A stretch of DNA of 34,369 nt from Bacillota bacterium (GTDB lineage Bacteria > Bacillota > UBA994). The stretch lies in NCBI GenBank assembly GCA_018725275.1, contig QLUC01000002.1:1-34369 (forward strand). The letters are read 5' to 3'. The position numbers and the translations under genes are program-made. Within the stretch, counting starts at the first letter, position 1. Every line of letters starts with the position of its first letter. The notes beneath the pieces were generated by a model, which worked only from the letters and a program-made list of their open reading frames with translations, made no database searches and was not told the origin of the DNA. Positions 27,235 through 34,369 of the stretch are shown one piece after another.

Positions 27235-29832
27235 GTGGTTCTGCTGTCAAAATATACTCCGATGCTCCAGCAATATCTTGATATCAAGGCTATGCACCGA
27301 GACTGCATCCTTTTTTTTCGCTTAGGAGATTTTTATGAAATGTTCTTCGAAGATGCCGAAGTTGCCTCTCAACTCCTAGGTATCACGCTCACTGCACGTG
27401 ATGGCGGACCTGAGGGCAAGGTGCCCATGTGTGGAGTGCCGTTCCACGCAGCTGAATCTTACCTCGCGCGCTTAATCAGTCTAGGGCAAAAGGTAGCCAT
27501 CTGTGAACAGGTAGAAGACCCTCGGACTGCGAAGGGCCTAGTTAGGCGTGAGGTAGTTCGCACCATCACCCCCGCGACGGCCCACGATGCCCCGTCCGAC
27601 ACCAACAGCTACATAGTCTGTTGGCTAGACAGTGACGATGAAAGCGCACTCGCTGCTGTGGACTACACCACAGGTTCCTCGTTGGTTCGAACATTCCAAG
27701 GCAAGCGCCGCCATGAACAGGCAGCTGACGAAATCTTGCGCCTAGCCCCGAAAGAGATAATTATCTCTACTGCCGAATTACCTGACGAAATTAGAGCAGC
27801 TTGCGCCAGGCAACAAGCCCTTGTGCGGCAAACCTCTCTGTTATCGCCCGACAAGGCCAGCGAAGTAGTTTATGCTACTTGGAGTGAAACAAACTTGGCA
27901 TCGCTGATGCAGCAAGCCCTAGGCGAAATTATCTACTACTTGAGGCAACTCAAAGTAGGAGGGTTCGGACACTTTACCCAGCCGGTGATTGAATCCGACC
28001 AGGGGGGCATGGCCCTTGATATTGCTACCCGGCGCAATCTGGAAATTACCGCAGCTCTGCGCAGTGGCGAACGCGAGGGGTCGTTGCTCTGGGTTTTGGA
28101 CTATACAGTTACGGCCATGGGAGCGCGGTTGATCAAGCAGTGGCTAGAGCAACCGCTAGTAAATATTAGCCGGATTAGTGCCCGTCTCAATGCTGTGGAG
28201 GCTCTCTACGAGCAGAACATGTGGCGTGCCGAGCTACGGGCGGCGCTCGGGCGAGTTTACGACCTTGAGCGCTTGCTATCTAAGGTGACTGGCAATACAG
28301 CCAACCCCCGCGATATGTTCACTTTAGCCACATCAATGACTGCGGTCGGTAAAGTAAAAGATCTGTTGCAAGGGACCACCGTGGCACTATTAGTGGAGAT
28401 ATACCATGAGCTAAACCCTCATGAGGACTTCCAGCACTTACTTTTGACCGCACTCGACCACAACGCGCCACCTAGTTATCGCGAGGGAGGAGTCATTAGG
28501 CCTGGGTTCAGTAGCGAGGTTGACCGCCTCCGCGCCATCAGTCAAGATACAAAGGTGCTTCTCGCCTCATTTGAGTCTCGAGAGAGAGAGGCCACCGGGA
28601 TCAAATCCCTCAAGGTAGGTTTTAACAGAGTATTCGGCTACTACCTCGAAGCCACTAATAGCCACCTCCCCTCAATACCGCCTCGGTATCATCGCAAGCA
28701 GACCTTAGCTAATGGGGAGCGCTACATTACTGAGGAGCTGAAAGAGCTAGAAAACGCCATATTAACGGCCGAAGACCGCCTAGTCACCTTGGAAGAAGAG
28801 CTCTTTCTTTCTTTGCGCGAACAGGCGGCCAGTATATCCGGTAGCCTGGTACAAGTCGCGCGTCAACTTGCCGTCCTTGACGTATTGCAGTCTTTCGCTG
28901 AGGCGGCGGTTCGGCACCGATTTTATAGGCCGGAGGTAACCTTTGGGCAGACCATTACCATCAGTAACGGCCGCCATGCCGTAGTTGAAAGAACACTAGG
29001 TAGCCATGCCTTTGTCCCCAATGACACCCACCTCCGGCAAGGCGAACTGGCGGTTCTGACAGGGCCAAATATGGCTGGAAAGTCAACGTATATGCGACAG
29101 GTAGCCCTAATTGTGCTCATGGCGCAGGTGGGTTGCTTTGTGCCAGCTGAAAAAGCAGTAATCGGATACGTTGACAGGATATTCACCAGGGTTGGCGCGG
29201 CAGATGACCTCTATAGCGGGCATAGTACTTTTATGTTGGAGATGTTAGAGACAGGCACGGCGCTGACTGAAGCCACCAGTAGAAGCTTACTGCTTTTTGA
29301 TGAGGTCGGTCGGGGGACGAGCACCTATGATGGCATGGCCTTAGCCCAAGCCATCATGGAATTTGTTCATGACCACATCCAAGCACGCACTATCTTTTCC
29401 ACCCATTATCACGAACTGACGGGCCTCTCCCAGAGTCTCACGCGCTGTCACAACTACGTGGTGGCAATTTTGGAGAGTGGCAAGGAGGTGGTCTTCTTGC
29501 ATCGAGTACATCCGGGCAAGGCCAACAAGAGTTATGGCATCCATGTCGCCCGCATGGCCGGTTTACCTAACTCTGTTGTCAAAAGGGCCATTGCCCTCCT
29601 CAAAGACCATGAGAGCAACCAACGTCAGCCGTATCGACAAGGTAACTTCTTAGGGGATGTTGCTGCCGTGGCCAGCGTTGTAGAGATAGATCCCCGCACC
29701 ACAGCTGCTCTCGACATGTTTAATCAGGTGGCGAACTTGGCTCCGGAAGCTTTGACTCCTCTACAGGCACTGAACTTGCTGCATGATTTTAAAGAAAGAA
29801 CTCTGGGAGAGCGTGAAAACGATGAAAATTAA
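27235..29832 (+). CDS. mutS: DNA mismatch repair protein MutS
   Basis: YTPMLQQYLDIK, FFRLGDFYEMF mismatch-binding motif, Walker A GPNMAGKST, DEVGRGTSTYDG, THYHEL. Confidence 0.97.
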   Translation: MVLLSKYTPMLQQYLDIKAMHRDCILFFRLGDFYEMFFEDAEVASQLLGITLTARDGGPEGKVPMCGVPFHAAESYLARLISLGQKVAICEQVEDPRTAKGLVRREVVRTITPATAHDAPSDTNSYIVCWLDSDDESALAAVDYTTGSSLVRTFQGKRRHEQAADEILRLAPKEIIISTAELPDEIRAACARQQALVRQTSLLSPDKASEVVYATWSETNLASLMQQALGEIIYYLRQLKVGGFGHFTQPVIESDQGGMALDIATRRNLEITAALRSGEREGSLLWVLDYTVTAMGARLIKQWLEQPLVNISRISARLNAVEALYEQNMWRAELRAALGRVYDLERLLSKVTGNTANPRDMFTLATSMTAVGKVKDLLQGTTVALLVEIYHELNPHEDFQHLLLTALDHNAPPSYREGGVIRPGFSSEVDRLRAISQDTKVLLASFESREREATGIKSLKVGFNRVFGYYLEATNSHLPSIPPRYHRKQTLANGERYITEELKELENAILTAEDRLVTLEEELFLSLREQAASISGSLVQVARQLAVLDVLQSFAEAAVRHRFYRPEVTFGQTITISNGRHAVVERTLGSHAFVPNDTHLRQGELAVLTGPNMAGKSTYMRQVALIVLMAQVGCFVPAEKAVIGYVDRIFTRVGAADDLYSGHSTFMLEMLETGTALTEATSRSLLLFDEVGRGTSTYDGMALAQAIMEFVHDHIQARTIFSTHYHELTGLSQSLTRCHNYVVAILESGKEVVFLHRVHPGKANKSYGIHVARMAGLPNSVVKRAIALLKDHESNQRQPYRQGNFLGDVAAVASVVEIDPRTTAALDMFNQVANLAPEALTPLQALNLLHDFKERTLGERENDEN

Positions 29833-31504
29833 CCTCCTGCCGACTGAACTTGCCAACCAAATTGCTGCGGGGGAGGTCATCGAGCGACCGAGCTCAGCCG
29901 TAAAAGAGTTAGTCGAGAACGCCATAGACGCCAAGGCGGAAAACATCGGCATTGACATTCGCGCGGGGGGGCTTGAACTCATCCGCGTTACTGATGATGG
30001 TTGCGGTATGGACGAAGGTGATTTACGCATCTGCCTATTACGCCATGCCACCAGCAAACTGCTTACCCTGGCAGACCTCTTCGCCATAGAAACTTTGGGC
30101 TTTAGGGGTGAAGCCTTGCCTAGTATCGCTGCGGTCAGCGCTATGACCATTCGCAGTCGAACCAAGGAGGCCGAAGAAGGGTACAAACTACATTGTCGTG
30201 GTGGAGAGCAAGTTGAGTTTGTCCCTGTGGGCATGCCTCAAGGCACCATCATTGAAGTGGGCGACCTCTTTTTTAATACGCCGGCGCGACTCAAATTCAT
30301 GAAGAGTCACAGCTCGGAGGGACAAAAGGTGCTACAAGTGGTGGAACGGCTTGCTTTATCCCACCCTAGCGTGCGATTTACCCTGCGGGTGGATGATCGA
30401 GTGGTTTTGCAGACACCTGGGCATGATAAGTTAATTGACACCGCTTTGTCAGTTTTCGGACGTGATGTCGCCGGTCAGTTGCACTATTTCCCACCAACGC
30501 CGGCTAGGTCGTTGACACTCTCTGGTGTACTGGGGACCCCGTCATTGCATCGCCACAATCGAATGTGGCAGAGCTTCTTCCTCAATGGACGCTATATTGA
30601 GAATAGGCGGCTGGCAGTCCTCCTCGAACAAAGCTACCGCACCCTTATCCCTGCAGGCCGATATCCGGTAGCGATACTCCACTTGACGGTTCCTGCGCAT
30701 GAGGTTGATGTCAACGTGCACCCGACCAAGGTCGAAGTGAGATTTCGCGATGAGAAGGCTGTGTTTGGAGAATTCATGACCGTCTTGCGGAACCAACTGT
30801 ATCTTATGGCCAACAAGCAAGCGGGACGAGGGGCACACCACGTTTCTGACCCACAAAATACTGTCAGTCCAACTTTCAGTTACGATTTTCGGGATGCTAC
30901 TGCTCCGCTGTCAATCTCTTTTATCAAGGAGCAACTGACAATTATCCCCCCTACCTCGACGTACCGCTTGATTGGGCAAGTATGTTTGGGTTACATTCTC
31001 ATTGAGAAGCATGGAAAATTGGTCATAGTCGATCAACATGCTGCTCATGAACGGGTCTTGTGGGAGCAACTGATGGAGCAAGATGGCGGCATCCAAAACC
31101 TAGCACTGCCTTTGTCCATTGACTTTGGCACTTTAGCGCATTTCTTACCGCGTTACTTGCCCTACTTAGCGAGTTTAGGATTTTCCCTTGAGCACTTTGG
31201 GGGCAGCTCCTACGTACTGCGCTCACTGCCCGCTACTTACTTGGGCAACTTTGATGCCGAAATATTACGGGACCTAGTCGCTGATATTGAGTCGGACAAC
31301 TTGGCGCGCGGCAAAGAGGTTCTTGCCGCAAAATTGGCCTGTAGAGCTGCCGTCAAAGCAGGAACTAAATTGTCACCGAGCGCAATGGTCGAGCTCCTTG
31401 ATAAACTTTATGAAACTAAGCTGCCTTTCAGCTGCCCACATGGTCGCCCTATCGAAGTGGCCTTTACGGAGGCTGAGCTCTATAAACTCTTTCACCCGAA
31501 GTGA
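29822..31504 (+). CDS. mutL: DNA mismatch repair endonuclease MutL
   Basis: GHKL ATPase N-terminus (ANQIAAGEVIERPSSAVKELVENAIDA, DDGCGM, LGFRGEAL) and the C-terminal endonuclease motif VDQHAAHERVLWE (DQHA-X2-E-X4-E). ATG 29822 overlaps the mutS stop by 11 nt. Confidence 0.95.
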   Translation: MKINLLPTELANQIAAGEVIERPSSAVKELVENAIDAKAENIGIDIRAGGLELIRVTDDGCGMDEGDLRICLLRHATSKLLTLADLFAIETLGFRGEALPSIAAVSAMTIRSRTKEAEEGYKLHCRGGEQVEFVPVGMPQGTIIEVGDLFFNTPARLKFMKSHSSEGQKVLQVVERLALSHPSVRFTLRVDDRVVLQTPGHDKLIDTALSVFGRDVAGQLHYFPPTPARSLTLSGVLGTPSLHRHNRMWQSFFLNGRYIENRRLAVLLEQSYRTLIPAGRYPVAILHLTVPAHEVDVNVHPTKVEVRFRDEKAVFGEFMTVLRNQLYLMANKQAGRGAHHVSDPQNTVSPTFSYDFRDATAPLSISFIKEQLTIIPPTSTYRLIGQVCLGYILIEKHGKLVIVDQHAAHERVLWEQLMEQDGGIQNLALPLSIDFGTLAHFLPRYLPYLASLGFSLEHFGGSSYVLRSLPATYLGNFDAEILRDLVADIESDNLARGKEVLAAKLACRAAVKAGTKLSPSAMVELLDKLYETKLPFSCPHGRPIEVAFTEAELYKLFHPK

Positions 31505-31512
31505 GGATTAAG

Positions 31513-32448
31513 ATGAAACCACGAGTTTTAGCGATTGTTGGCCCCACGGCGGTGGGGAAGAGTGAACTTACTTTACATTTAGCCGCCAGACTAGACGGGG
31601 AAATTATCTCCGCGGATTCGATGCAAGTATATAGAGGTATGGATATCGGCACAGCTAAGCCATCCACCGCTCTAAGATCCCTCTGTCCACACCACCTTAT
31701 CGATGTGGTGGAACCTGGCGCAACCTTTAGCGCCGCCGATTACCAGTTATTAGCAAGAGCGGCCGTCCGAGACATTCTTGGCCGCGGCAAACTGCCAATA
31801 TTCTCTGGCGGTACGGGTCTCTACCTGCGTGCCGCCATTGATGACTATAATTTTACGGCAACAGAGAGCAATGAGCTCGTGCGCAACAAACTACAGCAGG
31901 AATTACGGGAGGCCGGTTTGGCGGCTCTATACACGCGTCTGTGGCATGTTGATGCGAAGGTGGCGATGCGCCTTGATCCCAATGACCAGCGACGCATTCT
32001 GCGCGCGCTCGAAGTATTTGAGACCACCGGTAGGCCACTCAGTGCTTGGGAATCAGAAAAAGACATTAGGTCTTCAATATACGATGCTGTTTTGATAGGT
32101 CTAATTCGTCCGCGGGATGAGTTGTACGCGCGCATTGACGAGAGGGTGGAGCAAATGATTGCGAGTGGCCTGCTAGAGGAGACCAGGCGACTCTATGAAG
32201 GCGGCCTGAGTTTTGTTGCCGGACAAGCCCTCGGTTACAAGGAGTTGCAAGCCTATCTCGAGGGGCAGAGCACCTTGGAAGAAGCCAAAGAGCGGCTAAA
32301 AAGACAGACAAGACGTTTCGCCAAGCGCCAGCTGACTTGGTTTCGTGCGGACCCGCGTATCCAATGGGTAGAAGCAGGGGACCTCCGGCAGGCAGAAGGT
32401 ACCATCTTGGAAATTCTTGCAAAGGAATGGGGGATGCATTACAATTAG
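31513..32448 (+). CDS. miaA: tRNA dimethylallyltransferase MiaA
   Basis: P-loop IVGPTAVGKS, SADSMQVYRGMDIGTAKP, GGTGLY, QRRILRALEV. Confidence 0.93.
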   Translation: MKPRVLAIVGPTAVGKSELTLHLAARLDGEIISADSMQVYRGMDIGTAKPSTALRSLCPHHLIDVVEPGATFSAADYQLLARAAVRDILGRGKLPIFSGGTGLYLRAAIDDYNFTATESNELVRNKLQQELREAGLAALYTRLWHVDAKVAMRLDPNDQRRILRALEVFETTGRPLSAWESEKDIRSSIYDAVLIGLIRPRDELYARIDERVEQMIASGLLEETRRLYEGGLSFVAGQALGYKELQAYLEGQSTLEEAKERLKRQTRRFAKRQLTWFRADPRIQWVEAGDLRQAEGTILEILAKEWGMHYN

Positions 32449-32474
32449 GCTGACTAATAAGAGGGAGGCTAGAA

Positions 32475-32717
32475 ATGTCTAAACTTATACTCAATCTACA
32501 AGACCTATTCCTCAACCAGGTGCGCAAAGAGAATCTGCCGGTCACGATTTACCTCAACAATGGATATCAACTAAAAGGCATTATTAAAGGATTTGATAAC
32601 TTTACCTTGGTCATGTTGGATGCTGAGGGTCGGCAGCAGCTTGTGTACAAGCATGCTATCTCCACGGTACAACCAGCCCGCTCCGTCAACCTCGGTTTGG
32701 CCGAAGGAGACAATTAG
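32475..32717 (+). CDS. hfq: RNA chaperone Hfq
   Basis: Sm1/Sm2 motifs: [40 protein letters not shown]...[11 protein letters not shown]. Confidence 0.95.
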   Translation: MSKLILNLQDLFLNQVRKENLPVTIYLNNGYQLKGIIKGFDNFTLVMLDAEGRQQLVYKHAISTVQPARSVNLGLAEGDN

Positions 32718-32721
32718 GAAC

Positions 32722-32757
32722 AAAAAAGGAGCCTCCCTCTTGGAGAGGCTCCTTTTT
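32722..32757. terminator. Bidirectional rho-independent terminator between hfq and the convergent symporter remnant
   Basis: A6-GGAGCCTC-(9-nt loop)-GAGGCTCC-T5. The symmetric A and T flanks allow termination in both directions. Confidence 0.8.
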
Positions 32758-32759
32758 AT

Positions 32760-33484
32760 GTCCCATACCAGAGCCAATCCACCGACGGCTCCGACAAAGA
32801 TAAATGGCAGGTAGACAAAGCGATAAATTCGCCCGGCAAAGCTGCCGAAGAGAAATTCCACGCACTTCTCGCCGTACCAGGACCAGCCGATGACGGTGGA
32901 AAAAGCGAAGAGGGTGATACTAATAGCCACGATAAAACCACCGAAGCTGGGGAGCCCTTCGTTGAAAGCTAGGGTGGTGAAAGCCGCCCCGGTTTTGCCC
33001 GTCTGCCAAACACCGGTCACGAGGATGGTCAGAGCGCTAACCACTTCATGTTCAGTCCCTTGGCGAGGTAGTACATCGGGCCACCCGCCCATGTGCCATC
33101 AGTAGATTTTTCCCGGTACTTGACGGCAAGGACTATCTCAGAGTACTTGGTGCCCATGCCGAAGAAAGCGCTAACCCACATCCAGAAAATCGCGCCGGGT
33201 CCACCGAGGGCGATCGCAGTGGCTACACCGGCGATGTTGCCGACCCCCACCGTCGCGGCTACCGCTGTCGAAAGGGCTTGAAAGGGAGAAACCTCGTCTT
33301 TAGAAAGTTGTTCCTTGTCAAAAATCTTCATCAAGGTATTTTTCATAGCATAACCGAAGTGGCGCACTTGCAAGAAGTTTACTTGCCAAGAGAGGATTAC
33401 ACCGGTGCCGACAATGAGGATTAACATCGGTGGTCCCCAGACGATACTGTTTAGCCAATTGTTAAATGATACGAATGCATCCAT
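32760..33484 (-). pseudogene. Decayed alanine/glycine:cation symporter (AGCS family) gene with an internal out-of-frame deletion and loss of the 3' end
   Basis: The N-terminal 151-aa ORF (33029..33484) carries AGCS motifs (SPFQALSTAVAATVGVGNIAGVATAIALGGPGAIFWMW, GGPMYYLAKGL). A second frame (from about 33047 down to 32760) carries late AGCS helices (LTILVTGVW...LFAFSTVIGWSWYGEKCVEFLFG...LALVWD). The central region with the usual GxKRGxFSNEAGxGSAP motif is absent. Confidence 0.75.
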
Positions 33485-33699
33485 TTCTTAACTTCATCTC
33501 CTCTTCATTTAAAGTAGCGACAGCAACCGGCGTTTTTTATCGCACCTCTGTCCATCACCCCCACTGAGCACCTATGGGCATCTGCTTCGACGCGGGGAAA
33601 GGATCTTCCTGCATAACTAAGGGGAATATTGCGTCTTTTTGGATGCACCGCTCCAGGAGTTGGCGCATACCATGTTGTGATATGGTAGGGGGTGACATA

Positions 33700-34359
33700 A
33701 TGCTAGCTCGGACCTGTGCGGAAGTTTATGCTTTGCTCGAGTCAGGGCATATTAGCATCTCCCAGGCCCTGAAGTGTTTGCGGGAAATTGAAGTGCGAAC
33801 AGTTCATCAAAACCCCCAGGCGAGTCCACCGGCGGCAGATGCACTTGTTGATTGCCTCCTAGAGCTAGAATCACTCATTGGGCTTAAAGAAATAAAGACT
33901 TTGGTCAAGGAGATGCAGGCTTTCATCCATATCCAGAGGAGACGTGAAGAGGAGCTGCTCAGCACTGAACGCTTAGTCTTACATATGATTTTCAAGGGCA
34001 ATCCCGGCACCGGGAAGACCACCGTGGCACGGTTGCTGGGTAGAATCTTGCACGGCATGGGAGTGCTCCCTAGGGGCCATTTAGTAGAACTTGAGCGCGC
34101 CGATTTAGTCGGCGAATACATCGGACACACCGCTCAAAAGACGCGGGAACAAATTAAACGGGCCTTAGGAGGCATCCTCTTCATTGATGAGGCCTATTCC
34201 TTAGCCCGCGGCGGGGAGAAAGATTTTGGCAAAGAGGCCATTGACACGATGGTGAAAGCCATGGAGGACCAGAAAGACAACCTTTTAGTAATACTGTCCG
34301 GGTATAGGCTGGAGATGGAACACCTTCTTAAAGCCAACCCTAAGCTCAACTTCCGCTAG
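33700..34359 (+). CDS. spoVK: SpoVK/CbbX-type AAA+ ATPase (stage V sporulation protein K-like), apparently C-terminally short
   Basis: Walker A GNPGTGKTTVARLLG, Walker B ILFIDEAYSL, KEAIDTMVKAMED...LLVILSGY. ATG 33700 follows a GGGGGTG RBS; the track start 33574 lies in the divergent promoter region. The stop comes right after NPKLNFR. Confidence 0.78.
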   Translation: MLARTCAEVYALLESGHISISQALKCLREIEVRTVHQNPQASPPAADALVDCLLELESLIGLKEIKTLVKEMQAFIHIQRRREEELLSTERLVLHMIFKGNPGTGKTTVARLLGRILHGMGVLPRGHLVELERADLVGEYIGHTAQKTREQIKRALGGILFIDEAYSLARGGEKDFGKEAIDTMVKAMEDQKDNLLVILSGYRLEMEHLLKANPKLNFR

Positions 34360-34369
34360 GCCCTGCGCC

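Noticed and set aside
27311-27318. T8 homopolymer inside the 5' part of mutS, considered as a possible slipped-strand mutator switch.
   Set aside because: It encodes Leu-Phe-Phe of the conserved FFRLGDFYE mismatch-binding motif (CTT TTT TTT), so codon choice explains the run. There is no evidence of phase variation from a single sequence.
33647-33674. Sigma-K-like mother-cell promoter upstream of spoVK (AC-17 nt-CATAccaTG).
   Set aside because: It only partly matches the AC-N16/17-CATAnnnTA consensus. The motifs are short and degenerate and cannot be supported without a transcription start or a comparative alignment.
33485-33699. Possible glycine-riboswitch-like leader upstream of the symporter remnant. 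On the minus strand it contains GGACAGAG, CTCAG and CGTCGAAGCAG, reminiscent of the glycine aptamer core.
   Set aside because: I could not pair a convincing P1 stem. The CACCGAAGGGGCAA-type core is only loosely matched, and there is no clear expression-platform terminator. It should be tested with cmsearch against Rfam RF00504 before any claim. It may only be the divergent promoter region of the symporter and spoVK.
33574-33699. N-terminal 42-aa extension of the spoVK-like track ORF (MGICFDAGKGSS...).
   Set aside because: It has no RBS and no similarity to SpoVK N-termini, and it lies in the divergent intergenic region. ATG 33700 has a well-spaced GGGGGTG RBS.
1-34369. Search for CRISPR arrays, IS elements or transposases, integrases, tRNA/rRNA genes and defence or toxin-antitoxin modules.
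   Set aside because: I found no direct-repeat arrays, no terminal inverted repeats around the cargo, no recombinase-like ORFs and no structured RNA genes by eye. Every ORF above about 80 aa that is not a shadow frame is accounted for by the listed genes.

Overview
This window looks like a chromosomal segment from a spore-forming Firmicute of the Clostridia type, with genes packed almost entirely on the + strand. Two conserved housekeeping blocks frame it. The left block is ygiQ-rimO-pgsA-(pirin, opposite strand)-cinA-recA-recX-rny-ymdB. The right block is miaB-mutS-mutL-miaA-hfq, followed by a decayed alanine/glycine:cation symporter gene and a spoVK-like AAA+ gene.

Between the blocks is about 17 kb of metabolic cargo. 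It starts with an M19 dipeptidase and a GntR-family regulator that has a strong palindromic operator candidate. Next is a CdhB-like ORF followed by a four-subunit 2-oxoacid:ferredoxin oxidoreductase and glutamate dehydrogenase. Then come a split B12-dependent methylmalonyl-CoA mutase, MeaB, methylmalonyl-CoA epimerase and a Na+-pumping methylmalonyl-CoA decarboxylase (carboxyltransferase, OadG-like, biotin carrier and membrane beta subunits). PduL, a YitT-family membrane protein and an MGDG-synthase-like glycosyltransferase complete the cargo.

Read together, the cargo encodes a nearly complete route from glutamate through 2-oxoglutarate, succinyl-CoA, methylmalonyl-CoA and propionyl-CoA to propionyl phosphate. 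I saw no rRNA, tRNA, CRISPR array, transposase or defence genes.

The most notable items are:
- the contiguous glutamate-to-propionate cluster
- the uncharacterised CdhB-like ORF leading the oxidoreductase genes
- the atypical GntR regulator and its operator
- the symporter gene remnant with two deletions
- a likely non-ATG start for rny
- a spoVK-like ORF that stops early at the window edge
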